DNA of 64,000 nt from Amoebidium appalachense (GCA_963693365.1 CAVNZM010000005.1:9404334-9468333), one strand, 5' to 3'; shown: positions 1 to 12,852, numbered from the stretch's first letter. A program made the numbers and translations. The notes: a model not told the origin generated them from the letters alone.

Positions 1-149
1 CTCGGGTGCTCGGGGCAATCATCTGTGAGTCGCCATGACGTGTATGTGGGTGTGGTATATGGGCGAGAGTTTGCAGGATGGGTGGCAAGTGGCAATGAGG
101 ATCACAGTGTGTGAGTGCAAGGTGAAAGGGGAAAGATGCATGCTTTTGT

Positions 150-535
150 AAAGGGGAAGTGGGGAAGGTTTGGGGCTATATGGGTGTGTGCACTGTGTAT
201 GTCGTGTGTGTGTGTGTGCGTACATGTGTGTGTGTGCGTGCGTGTGTGCACGTGTGTGTGTGTGCGTGCGTGCGTGCGTGTGTGCGTGCGTGCGTGCGTG
301 CGTGTACATTATGTGTGGGTGTGTGGGTGTTGGGTGTGTGTGTGTGCTTGTGTGTGTGCACGTGCATGTGTGTATTTGTATGCACATGTGTATGTGTTTG
401 TGTGTTTGTATGTGTACGTGCGCGTGTGTGCGTGTGTGCATTTATGTGTGCACATGTGCGTGTGTTTGTCTCTGTGCATGTGTGCATGTGTGTGCTTGTG
501 TGTGTGTCCGTGAGTATGCTTGTGTGTGTCTTTGC

Positions 536-634
<99 letters not shown>

Positions 635-852
635 TGTGTTTGTGTGTACGTGTGTGTGACACTGTACATGAGGACCCAACCACATCGGCAGAGTCAACTT
701 GCAAAAAGCAGAATTATTCTGCAAAAGCGGAATTATTCTGCAAAAAGCAGAATCACTCTGCAAAAAGCAGAATTATTCTGCAAAAGCAGAATCACTCTGC
801 TTTTAGCAGAATCGGTATACCGTTCGTGCATCATGCACGTGAGACCGTGTGT

Positions 853-914
<62 letters not shown>

Positions 915-1060
915 TTGTGTCCTTGCGTGCGTGTATACGCCGTGTGTGTGTACGCGTGTGTATCATGTGTGTGTGCACGTGTACACGTGCGCGCATGTGT
1001 GTGCGTGTGTGTACAAGTGTAGTGACTACGTGTGTGTGTTTGTGTGTGTGCCGTACGTTG
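150..1060. repeat. Degenerate and pure (GT)n microsatellite tract
   Basis: Long GT/GCGT runs, pure (GT)n at about 537-628 and 860-911. Source of the spurious CVCV/HTHT ORFs. Confidence 0.95.
688..813. repeat. Tandem array of 15-bp palindromes GCAGAAT-N-ATTCTGC separated by 4-5 nt A tracts (19-20 bp period)
   Basis: Units start at 688, 708, 727, 747, 767, 786 and a partial one at 806. gcagaat is the reverse complement of attctgc. Confidence 0.9.
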
Positions 1061-1559
1061 CATTGACATCCTTCCCTTGTTTCTAAATGTTTGTGCCATG
1101 TATGCAGCACGTGACGTGTGCGCCGCACTGCACACATACTCGCAGATTTGGTACATACAACATTGCGAGCCATTTATTCAAGAAGCATATCACACTGCAT
1201 GATATATGAAAAGTTTATCACAAGACATATACAGATGTACTGTATCTGCTTACCAAAAGATATTCACAAAATCTCTGAAAGATTTCACAGGATTTGTAAC
1301 CCATTGCAGGACATCACCATTACAAGACTTTGCATCAGATTGCATAAATATTCGCAGACTTATTTTTCGACATTCACAGACTTTTTTTTAAGACATTCAC
1401 AGGCTTGCTGCACGACGCGTAACTTCTTAATTTTCACCGAAATGCAACACACTTGAAAAGATCTGAACCCATTACCAAGGAGCATTATTAGAATTTTAGC
1501 ACCACAGCGCAAGGAACCTATCTACAGTCAATTTACAACACACATTCACGGAGATTACA

Positions 1560-2200
1560 CCACTGTGCAAGAAAAACACGTTAAACCCCCACAGAATTTG
1601 CAGCTATTGTGTTAAACCCCATAGAACCTGCATTCACATTTAAACCTACAGACACACATTCGCATGTAAAACCCATACGACTTTGCAGTTATGTAAAGCC
1701 CCTACAGACAATACCCCGGCTACAAACTTTGCAGATATTTGTAAAAACCCCACAAACTTTGCGAGTATATCATAATATATCATGTAAAATACACATAGGC
1801 TCATTTATATGTAAAAACCTCAGTGCCTCAGTGCCGATTTAACATCAACGTGTAGAAGCCCCTACAGACCTGGCAAGTATATGTAATAAGACCCCGAGAC
1901 TTAGCAAATAATAATAATAATAATAATAAACCCTAAGAACTTTCCTTTTTTTTTTTTGTCAAAGCGATCATGTCACAACCCATATGCATCATATGTAAAA
2001 CAACTTTATGTGAAACCAAATGTATGTAAAACCCCCACGGCCTTGCATCTATATGTAAAACCCCCTTACAGACCTGCAATTATATGTGAAACCCCCTTTC
2101 CGGCAGACCTGCAATTATATGTAAAACCCTCTTATTGACCTGCAATTTTCTATGTAACACCCCCGCACAGACCTGCAATTATCTAGAAACCCTCCTTACA
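1560..2200. repeat. Degenerate ~30-bp minisatellite (consensus near ATATGTAAAACCCCC..CAGACCTGCAATT)
   Basis: Recurrent tgtaaaacccc and cagacctgcaattatatg motifs, best conserved at 2050-2190, directly downstream of the RING gene stop codon. Confidence 0.8.
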
Positions 2201-2726
2201 CAGCTTGCACCACTTCTGCCGCCAACCTCTTCAGCCCCTCCTCCTGTTCTCCCACCCACCCCGCCAGGTGCGGATGTAACGCAAGAAGCGTTGCCTTCAT
2301 GGTTGTGAAGTTTGCGCCGTTGCCAACTGTACGAAAAAAAAAACCTTCATGTCACCCCACCACACGCCTTTTTATTGAATACCCCACAAAACCGCACATG
2401 CATTTACGCAACAACAGGGAGAGGTAAAAAAAAAAAAAAAAAAAAAAAACCTTTCCCCAAACCGAAAAAACAGAAAAAGAAAGAATGGAGGGGGGGGGGG
2501 AGGAGGGGGGGGGGGGGGGGGGATGAAGGGGGACAAAAAAAAAGGGGGAAAAAAACAAGAAAAAGGAAGGTATTGGAGATGGAGAGAAAGTTTGGAAAAC
2601 ACAGACCATCAAGAGACATGGGAAGCAGAATCAGAGCCCGGGAGGAGGGGGGGGGGGGGGGGGGGGGGAGGGAGGGAGAAAGGGGTGTGTGCGTGTTGTG
2701 TGTGTGTGTGTGTTTTTTTTGTTTTT

Positions 2727-2758
<32 letters not shown>

Positions 2759-3450
2759 GGGGGATACTCACATCTCGCCGCTACGGATCCAAACACCCGC
2801 TTAGCGATTTCTAGGTTGGTCTGCGGACCTGCACGGGGGCGGGGTTCCGGGCCTGGGGGCAACCGCCGGACCAGACGCCGGGGGATTCGCCGGCTCTCCA
2901 ACATTGTTCGCATTTCCGTTGACGTTGTTGGGTGCTGGCGCCGGTGCGACGTGGGCGGGGTTAACAATAGCAGGTGGGTTAATGGCCGGGGGGTTCGCTG
3001 GCTGGTTTTGCTGGCTTTGCTGGTTTTGCTGGTCAAGTCGCATTCTCAGGTGTCCCAGAAATCGCCTGTTTTTCTCCTCCTGGGCCTTCTGCTGATTGGA
3101 CAACTGTGCAGCGAGGTTGTCGAAGGCTTTCTTGTTTGTTGCGGCGGCAGCTTTTAGGCCAGAAATTTCCTTCTTCAGAGCAATGTTTTCCCTTGCGAGC
3201 ATCGCGATGTGTCTGGTGGCGTATTCGGCGAGATGTCTGTTGAGCATCAAACCCTTAACCCTTTCCGGGCAGCCGTCGACTGGGCATGGCATCTCTGTGT
3301 CTTTGCACTCCGAGGAGTGGCCTGTGGACCAACCGAGTATGTGTTAAAAGGGTGAAAGAGAAAGCTCGTCAGAAGAGAAGCGCCGTAGTAGTAGAAAAAA
3401 CGAAGAATGCTAAGACAGTGTGTTTGTGAGTGTGTTGGGGGGAGGAGGGG

Positions 3451-3486
<36 letters not shown>

Positions 3487-4703
3487 CTCTAGGTCCAGTG
3501 GTAAGAGGGGGGGGGGGGGGGGGGGGGGGGGGGCAGGGGGGTAAAGAGAGAGAGAGAAACGGAGACAGCAAATTAGAAAGAATGTGTGCCGGTGTGTGCA
3601 TGTGTGGTAGAGAATGGAGAACAGGAAGGGCTGGGTATGTATATGTGAGACTCACTGTGTGTATGCAAGTGCCCGTGTGCGTGCCGAAACTACTATTTCT
3701 CTTTCTGTCTCTTTCTGCTAGAGCTACATCTATGTGCTTCAAAGAATGGCTGGTCTTTCACACGTGCTTACGTGTTTGTTCGGAAGTGTCAAATAGGGGC
3801 AGCGGGGGAGGGGGGAGGGGAGAATGGTGGGAAGAGGAGGTTGGATGCTTTCATGTGGGAGGGAGGGGAAGGGGGCCCGCGGGGGGGGGGGGGGGGGGGG
3901 GAAGGGCAGGGCGGGGGGGGGGGGGGGGGGGGGCATCTGTGTGTGTGTGTAAGTGGCAGATGCATCCGAAAATGTGTGCGTGACCATGCAAATGCGCAAC
4001 TGTTTTCCGTTGCACGCAAACATGAAAGCAACTGGGGCCCCTACCCAACTTGCTCCCTTCCTCCCACAAACGAAAAAAACCACATAAGATTGAAAAAAGA
4101 GTCGTGTTCTAAAACGCACTGCCCATTGCACCCAAATGGCGCCCGGAAGGGCACTGGGTTTGGGAGTTTATGGGGTTGGAGGGGGAGAGGAGGAGAATGG
4201 GGAGAATAATGGTGAAAAGTTTCATACCCACCTTCATAATCTTTCCTCATGATGACTTTGCTGCAAATCTCACACACAACCTCCGCAAAGCCACACTCCT
4301 TCCTGTGTGCCTCCAAAGCCTCCCTCAGCACCGTCTCGCCACACCCAGTGGATGTACATTTCACTTTCTGTTTGCGACACTTTGCAACATGCTCCTTCAT
4401 CCCTCCGATGGTCGTGGTATCCTCGCATCCGTTCTCCTTGTTGTCGCAGCTCAACTCGAGATTACGGTGCATGCGCGCAAATGCCTTTGTGAGGGGTTTG
4501 GGCTCTTCCGCCAGTGGTTTCTTGTCGATGGGGCACTGTCTTTTAACTTTTGTCGCTTCCTTTATGCACACAGCACAGAAAACATGACCGCAATCACTTA
4601 GTTCACGCGGTTCATCCACCCCGGGCACCTGGTGGCACACAACACACACAAACTCTTTGGCAGAGGATTCTGCTGAAAAACGGTCCAAATCGTACCCTGG
4701 CAT
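2196..4703 (-). CDS. RING-HC plus TRAF-type zinc finger E3 ubiquitin ligase (RNF41/RNF151/PDZRN3-like N-terminus) with coiled coil, P/N/Q linker and C-terminal DEK-C-like domain; exons 4703-4232, 3321-2772, 2326-2196
   Basis: MPGYDLDRF start, RING CVVC..CGHVFCAVC..CPID, then TRAF fingers. A phase-1 GT-AG splice joins KDYE-GHSSECKDTEMPCPVDGC, and a second phase-1 splice (gtgagt / tacag) joins VAARF-GNGANF..VQAV*. Exon 2 is 550 nt, so one base must be lost (probably near the G run at ~2855); otherwise it stops at 2801. Confidence 0.85.
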
Positions 4704-5269
4704 CTTGGATATGCCTAGGTTGGGTTTGTGTTTGAAGGGTTTTCTATTGTGTAGAGAGCCAAAAAAGGGCTCGAAAGATTTGGGAAAAGTTTTGGAAAGT
4801 GGAAAAAAGTGTCTGTCTTCGACAACTATGTTTGTGGAGCTCTTTACACGAAGCACTTTCGCTCGTTGTGTTACACCTTCGTTAAGTGAGTGTCAAAAAG
4901 ATTACTGAAGAACCTACTGACAAAGTTTTCTTTGGCCACAGCGTGGTATTGTTTCTTAGAATGTACGTGCCGTAAAGATTATACCACCAACCCTTCAATT
5001 ACGAATCGGATTATTCGGGGCACAAAACTGAACTTCCGTGTGCTTGTCGCGAGTGTGCTTGAAGTGTTCGGCGACACTTCGCGACAAAAGGGACAGCGGT
5101 AGAATCTATTTGCCCCTCCTCTTACGTAACCCAATCAAAAGTGTTCCCGCCATATTAGAAATTTGGCCAGTAGCCACCTGGGAGGTCCATTCACATGTAG
5201 CTCCCTCCACAAGTTTTCAAAAAAAAAAAGTGGGGCGAAGAAAATGCAAAAATAACAGTTTTCGAACAT

Positions 5270-5300
<31 letters not shown>

Positions 5301-5729
5301 TCAACATCGAGTGCACTATTTTAGTGAAACACACGCATATGACACTGATGCCCCGATCGAAATAAAATCCATTATAAAAAAAGAAATATGACACACACAT
5401 CGTGGTTACGGACACACCCCACTATGTATGCATTGCTGGGGTGGATCAGATCTGGGACAATCGGCGCGCGGTTGCCAAATAAGGGGAAAAACCTGATAAA
5501 AGAGCCATATATGGTTAGCGCGCGGTATATTGGATGATCACCTCCCCCCAGAGTATAACGGCTAATGGATGATCAAAAGGCGGTTCACCCTTCAAAACGA
5601 AACAGTCAGTCCTGCGAATGCTGCACCGCTGATAGTTTATGTATACAGTATGCATGCTCACATCATTCACACCATCACTTTCAACTAGCTTAGAGTTTTG
5701 CTCGCTGCCCTCTCTGTTAAAGCCGAAAA

Positions 5730-5809
5730 ATGTCAAAAGAATTATCGACGAGGTTGCTGGACTGTGGCTTATGCGCCGCAAAGGTGACAGAGGACAGTTT
5801 TGAAGGCAG
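5730..5809 (+). CDS. Possible first exon of the divergent + strand gene (MSKELSTRLLDCGLCAAKVTEDSFEG)
   Basis: ATG after an A-rich context, a CxxC motif and a cag/gtgctt donor-like site followed by GT repeats. The link to downstream exons could not be reconstructed. Confidence 0.3.
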
Positions 5810-6216
5810 GTGCTTGTTGCTTGCGTGTGCGTGCGCGTGTGTGTGTAACGTGCACATACGTGCGTATATATGTCTGCGTGTGTGTTTGTACGTCTGCATG
5901 TGTGTACGTGTGTATAGAAAGATTTTTATGGACATGGACATGTGTGGATTCGGTCCGGCGGGCGCTTGTTGTGTGTTTTGTGCGCGTGTGTTGCAAGCAT
6001 CTGTTTGCGGCCGCTCTTTGTGCCGGTCACGGTTAGAGAAAATGTGTGGTGGGTAGCAACGAGGATCTCGGGGCGGGAGGCGGAAGCATACTTCTGTGGA
6101 GGGGAAGGGGGGAGGTTTGGGGTTGGGGGGGTTACTTACATGGAGGATTGAAGTTGGGTGGGAGGGGGACTTTTGTTGAGGAGGGAAGGAAGGGGCCGGA
6201 AAGGGGAGGAGGGGGG

Positions 6217-6256
<40 letters not shown>

Positions 6257-6685
6257 CTAGGACTCTTTGGCTTTTCTGCGTCAACCATGTTTGTTTCATA
6301 CTGCATTGTATCTCTTGTGTTGATTAGGACACAGAGAAATACCTGTACTTGTGGGATCAACTTTGGGAGATGAAAGAGAAAAGTGCGCTTTAAAGGTTGC
6401 AGAAGCTCCGGTGTGGCTTTGGCCTGAGCGGGGGGGGGGGGGGGGGGGCGGGGGGGGGGGGGGGGGGGGGGGGGGGAAGGGGGGGGGGGGGAGTGAGGGG
6501 AGGGGGGAGGGGCAGAGGGGGATGGGGCGGAGGGGGAGGGAGAGGGTGCTGTGCGGGAAAAGGGGGGTTGGTGGGCGGGAAACGATGAAAGATGGAGGGT
6601 TGCTGGTGCCATAAGGTGTAGAGATGCATGGAAGGCACACAGGCATCAGTCCTCGTAAACTCGCCCACCCATATCCTTCCCCCCG

Positions 6686-6724
<39 letters not shown>

Positions 6725-7317
6725 AAAAAAACACCCCCCCCCCCCCCCCTTCCCCTCCCCCCCCCCCCCCCCCCACACCACCGCCACCACCCTCTCACCT
6801 CCACCATTTCTTGCACAGTCTGTGTCCGCCCTCTTTGTTATTTGATGCACACTGCACTGTGATCTCAATCGTCCGGCTCTGCCCGCCCTCCCTCCCCTCC
6901 CCCCCTCCCTTCCCCTTTCCCCCACTCACTTTGCTTCTCGATACAACAAAATAGTCACCCCCCCCCCCCCCCCCCCCATGTCTATTTTCCCGGGTTTTTT
7001 GTCGCTTTCTGAAAAACGACATTTTGTTTCGGTCATTAATTTGTACTCAATAGCATGTATTGTGCTCTTAACATCCCCCCTCCCTCCGTCCGTCCGTCCC
7101 CTCCCTCCCTTCCCCCCCCCCCCCCCCCACCCCCCACCCTCCCCCAACTCACCCCTTTTTGAGTACTTACATCCCCCCCTTACCCCCTTCCCCCCTCCCC
7201 CCTCAACGTTCTTTGTCTCTGCCAATCTCCTTTTTGTTCGCACAAAGGGAAAGACCGTTAAAGAGAAGAACTGGGCAACAAAGCGCAATCAGTGATGTGT
7301 GTGTCTGTGTGTGTGTG

Positions 7318-7398
<81 letters not shown>

Positions 7399-7775
7399 GT
7401 GCGTGTGTGTGTGTGCGTGTGCGTGTGCGTAGAAAGGGATGGCCCTTGTATGGAACAGGTTTGAGAAACTGGAAGAGCACAGGGAACATACGACCACACA
7501 TAACCACACACACTTTTTTCTCGTCCCCCTCCCCCCCCCCCCCCCCCCCCCCCCCTCCCCACCACCACCACCACCACCACCACCACCACCACCACCAATA
7601 TCCCCCTTATCCCTTCTTGCTTGCATGCATGAGCATCTTTTACACTGCTGCCGTGAATTGTGCATAAGATAATGTTCGCCATGTGACTTCATTTATGGCT
7701 CTTCTCCTTACCAATCACCTCGTCTTACTAGACGATTCAATATATTCATACTCATTTTTACTCGCTAATTTTGAG

Positions 7776-8554
7776 GGCTACGGGAAGCCAATGAAAACGA
7801 GGCGAATCCTGCGGAAGTAGAGGAGGGTAGAAAAAAGCCGAAAATGGAGAGTGAAGAGGGGCCACGGCTTGTGCAAGACCCGACTCCCTCGGTTTCAAAC
7901 TTTCGACACCCCCTCCGCCTTTCGAATCGGCTGCGAGTGAAGCGATTCCCACGTCGAAACCCCCGCCAACGCCCCAATATTCAGAGGCTGAGAGGCAGCT
8001 CTGAGCCGCTCTTCTCGCATTTCCGGCCGAGACCCCACCCGCCCATGAACACACGAAAACTTACCCAGGCGGGAAAGTGTTTACACGCACCAACCCCACA
8101 GATTCTATTGTCTCCGCCAGTGGAAAACCCGTTTCGACCATCAAGCTGATTCGAAAGTGCATCATGAAGGCGGGGAATGTACACTACGGAATGTATTCGG
8201 AGGCGGAGAGACACCTCCGGTGTTTGCTCATGGCTTTTCCCGGTCGTCTGCCCCCTCCACGCCCGAAACAAATGATCAATTTTCCGGACGGGGGTTCTAT
8301 GATTCAGGAGAGGGATATCAGCGCAATTTTGAACGGACCGAGCGATCCACCTGTTTCGACGGCAAAGCTTCTCAGAGAATGCATCGAGAAAATTGAGAAA
8401 CGGAAACCAAGGAGAAGAATGGGGGTTTATGTGGTGGATGCGAGTTCGAAGTCGGTGCGCGGTGCAAAGGAACCGACGGACTTGGAGGTAGCTCAGGTGA
8501 TGCGCAAAGTGATCAAAGACGGTAAGCAACCAACCCACTCTCCCCCTCTACCCC

Positions 8555-8585
<31 letters not shown>

Positions 8586-9501
8586 ACACGCACACACACG
8601 CGCGCGCACACACACACACACGCAAGCACGCACGCACGCACACATACATGCCCACCCGCCCCCCTCCCCCTCCCTCCGCCCTACCTACCCTCCTTCCCTT
8701 CCCTCCTAAAAGGGCAAAAAAAAAAAAAAAAATGAAAAAAGATTTATTAAAGAAAATAGAAAAAGGAGAGGAGCAGGAAAATATGATGGAAACTTTAAGA
8801 AACTGCCACGGGGGTTGTTAAATGATTTGTTACTTAGCAGCGAAAAGCATCCCGGCAGCACGCATGTAGCCAGAAAGTGCCTTCTTAGATCCCGGGAAGG
8901 TCATTTTACTGTATGGACACGGGAAGCATTTTTTGCTTTGGTGCTCTTGTGTGTCAATTGCGCGTGTAAACAACGTATGTTTATTTAGATGCAGAGGTGT
9001 CCCCCCCCCCCTTCCCCCCCGCGTTCGCCTCCTGTTGAATTCCTCCTCCTTTCACCACCCCGGGTCTGTTGATTTTTCTTTCCCCTGCACTAACATGGCA
9101 TGTGCTTCCCCCCCTCCCCCCCCTCCCCCCCCCCCCCCCAACCCAACCAACCCTCCTCTCTCCCTCCCGCCGGCGTATGTTGCATGCTGTATGGTAGCTT
9201 TGTGTTGACCGTCCAAAATGTGTACTTCGTATTATGGAGCATATTCTAAACCCTCCAACCCGCCAAACCCTCCCTCCCCCCTTCCGCCCTCTCCCTCCCC
9301 CGCCCCTCCCCCCCCCCCCCCCCCTTTTTCCTCTGGGGATAAAAAAAAAAACTATAAGTAACTGCAGTGGGAGAGGATGTTACGTTTAAGCACATGAAGA
9401 TGCTTCTGCTAAGACAGTATCCCCATTTGGACATCGACAACCGGTGAGATTACCTGAAAGCCTTGGCCTGTAAAATCGTAGAAGAATCAGAGATATATTA
9501 A
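7776..9501 (+). pseudogene. Disrupted gene with two tandem ~70-aa repeats and a C-terminal DEK-C-like domain; exons 7776-8521 and 9368-9501
   Basis: Repeats YSEAERQL*AALLAFP..PVSTIKLIRKCI and YSEAERHLRCLLMAFP..PVSTAKLLRECI. Splice g/gtaagc..tgcag gives EPTDLEVAQVMRKVIKDVGEDVTFKHMKMLLLRQYPHLDIDNR*DYLKALACKIVEE, which resembles the DEK C-terminal domain. In-frame TGA at 8002 and 9445, frameshift near 7900. Confidence 0.7.
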
Positions 9502-10195
9502 CAAAGTTTCTTTTCTTTTTTTTTTTTCGGGGGGGGGGGGGGGGGGGGAGGGAGGGGGGGGGGGGGGGAAGGGGAGGGGGGGAAGGAGGGAGGTACAGAG
9601 GGGAGGGGGGGGGGGGGAAGGAGGTAAGGGGGTTGCCGGAGCTGATTTCTGCTTGGGGTTTGCATAACTCCCCTACTCTTGATTCTTTTAGGGCGCATAC
9701 ATTATACCACAGTATCAATACCAGATTCCAATTCATTTTATTTTAACTCGTTAAACACAACTCAGATGCAACATCATTTGAACATGGTTGTTGTGTCACC
9801 CGTTTAAATTAGGGACAAGCAGGGTTAACCATGTAAGCAAAATGATGGATACCACCGGGGGTGGGGGGAGGAGGGAAGGGGGGGGGGGGGGGGGGGGGGG
9901 GTAATGTCATTGTTAGCCCGGTTAATAAATTACTCCTACTATAAGTATTTATGTATCTCAATTATGTGTAACTTTCATAGTCTAAGCTAAGTAGCGAGAA
10001 ATGTATTAGCAAGGCCCTGGACCGGTTGTATAGCAGCTGTTGTCAGATTTCCCTTGCCCCCCTTTTTTTCCCCTTTTTTTTTTCCTATTTTTTTTTTTTT
10101 TTTGGTGGCCCAGGGGGGAGGAAGGGGGGGGGGGGGGGGGGGGGGAGGGAGGGAGAGGGGGGGGGGGGGGGGGGAGGGAGGGAGAGGGGGGGGGG

Positions 10196-10241
<46 letters not shown>

Positions 10242-10546
10242 GGGGTAAGGCGGGGTGGGGGGTAGAGAGATAGAGAGAGGAGGGGGTGCCGGGGGGGGGG
10301 GGGGGGGGGGATGGGAATAAAAATAACAGCGATCGTTTTTCATGAATAGAAATCATGTGACTGCATGACCCCACTTGATGTCAATCGTTATCTTTCTGAT
10401 ATAGTTATGATTTGCATGCATGTTTGCAGTGTGTGAGGTTGGAACTTCAAGCGTGCACTGTTATATGGCGTGTGATGTGACAACACACAAGCCGCAGAGC
10501 ATTCCTATATTATGTGGTGATGTGGGTTGAGTTCTGTTGCCACTTA

Positions 10547-10735
10547 TGGGGTGGTAAGAGCAAGAATCCTCTTTTGACGACATCGGGATGTGACCCGGAT
10601 GCCCAAAATTTGTCTCGATTTGATTGGTAGGGTTCAATGGCTCACATGCCGAACCAATCAAATCGAGGCAACTCTTGGGCATTCGGGTCACATTGGTATG
10701 TCCTCAAAAACACGATTCTTGCTCTGACCACCCCA
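10547..10735. mobile_element. 189-bp fold-back MITE-like element with ~82-bp arms, 24-nt loop and TA on both sides
   Basis: Left arm tggggtggtaagagcaagaatc..gatttgattggt (10547-10628) is the imperfect reverse complement of accaatcaaatc..gattcttgctctgaccacccca (10653-10735). TA at 10545-46 and 10736-37. Confidence 0.8.
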
Positions 10736-11396
10736 TAGTATGTACGTACATATACACTAACACATCAACTTCATAGGCACACATGTGGCCGCGCACACAT
10801 TTACACCGCACACATAATTGTGTCGGATGCGGGTATATATTCCCACCTGCGAACCACTCATTGCCGGCAAATTCTTTCTTGGGTGCAGACTGCACGCATT
10901 ATATAAAGACACCCTTTTAAATCGTGTGTGTTAGCCCGGTATATGTAGTGGGCATTTTGGCTTGGGGGGACCACAGCAGGGCTTGTTGATCCGGAGGTTT
11001 ACAGTCCGTTCCACAAAACACACACACATGTACACACGCGCGCGCACACACACATGCACACACACACACTGACACACACATACATACATGTATGCATGCA
11101 CGCGAGCACACACACGCACGTACACACACACATACACATCAGCTGTGTACACAGTCACACACGCCAGCACATACGTACAACACACACACACACACTGCGA
11201 CACACACACGTCATTGGCAAGGCAGACTGGGGACATTTTAGGTGATCGTTCTACTCGGAAGCTTCCCCCCGGGCCCCCCGCTTTTTTTTGCCCCCTCCTT
11301 TTTCAAAGCTTGGTGATTAGTAGGCAATGTGCGCGACGAGGGGAGCACCTACGCGGCCCATTCATAGTCATGTGTGTGTGTGTGTGTGTGTGCGTG

Positions 11397-11435
<39 letters not shown>

Positions 11436-11705
11436 ATGTGTGTGTGACATGTATCTGTGTGTGTGTGTGGGGTGTGTGTGTGCGTGTAAAATGTATGTGT
11501 GTGTGTACGGTGTGGGTGGGTGGGTAAGTGTGTGTAACAATACATGCAGTAACATGTATGTGCATGCCTGTGCTAGTGTGTGTGTGTGTGTGTGTGTCTG
11601 TGTGTGTGTGTGTGTGTGTGACTGTGCGTGTGTAACCTGTGGTGTGTGCATGTGTGTGTGTCTGTGCTTGTGTGCTTGTGTGCGTGTGTATCATAATGTG
11701 TGTGT

Positions 11706-11747
<42 letters not shown>

Positions 11748-12098
11748 ATGTGTGTGTATGCCCCCGCTGGTGTGTACGCGTGTGTGTCGTCGTGAAAGCG
11801 ACGGGTGTCAGACGTGGGGTTGCAATTGGCCGTGCTGGTGGTTGTGGTGGGAAGGAGGGAGGGGGCTCGAGCTCGGGGGGTAGGGGGAGGGGGGAAGAGG
11901 GGAGGTGAGAGAGAGAGAGAGGAGGGGGGGGGGGGAGGGCGGGGGGGGAGGGAGAGATATCTCTCTCTAGCCAATAATACGTTGAAAGAGCCAGAGAGAG
12001 GGGGGCCCGGGGAGGTCGGGGGGGGGGGGGGGGGGGGGAGAGAGAGAGAGAGAGAGAGAGAGACTCAGAGAGAGAGACTGCGTGTGCACGTGAGAGGG

Positions 12099-12180
<82 letters not shown>

Positions 12181-12306
12181 AGAGAGAGAGAGAGAGCAGA
12201 GAGAGAGAGAGAGTCTCGAAAGAGAGTGTGTGTATGTGCGTGCATGTGTTTTTGTGACGATCCGTGTGTGTTGTTTTTGTGTGTGGTTGGTTGGATTCGT
12301 GTGTGT

Positions 12307-12359
<53 letters not shown>

Positions 12360-12544
12360 CGGGGCTGGAGAGGGCAGGAGGCAAAACCATAAGGTGCATA
12401 TGCATGTGATTGGATATCGATGAGCACCTGTCCTGTCGATTTCAAAGGCGACAGAGGGAGTTCAGACTGCTAATTAGGTTACCGGCTTACAGATACTATG
12501 TGTATATAGCACGGATGCGTATGGTCAATAGGCTGGCGACCACA

Positions 12545-12852
12545 GCCATCTTGAACGGCAGCTGCTGTTCATGATGGCCGTGTTGAGTAGACGCGGACTC
12601 ATAAACGTCATGTAGTAGTAACAGAGCTGCTGTTCAAGATGGCCGTGTTGAGTGGACGCGGACTCATAAACGTTAATGATTCCTTCAGCAGGGCTAGTAT
12701 GCATTCCATGCATGCGCACATGCATGGAATGTTGCGGTGTGGTTGGGATAAGCAATCAACTTGATTATCGTAGGCGTCGTGGAGAAACTGGTTCCACGCC
12801 CATGGGCATGGACTGCATGCCATGGAGCCATGGGCCCATGGGCCATGGCCCA
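12545..12852. repeat. 34-bp imperfect palindrome, ~48-bp direct repeat pair and CCATGG cluster
   Basis: gccatcttgaacggcagctgctgttcatgatggc at 12545-12578; gctgttcawgatggccgtgttgagtrgacgcggactcataaacgt twice (~12564 and ~12629); repeated ccatgg at 12800-12850. Confidence 0.8.
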
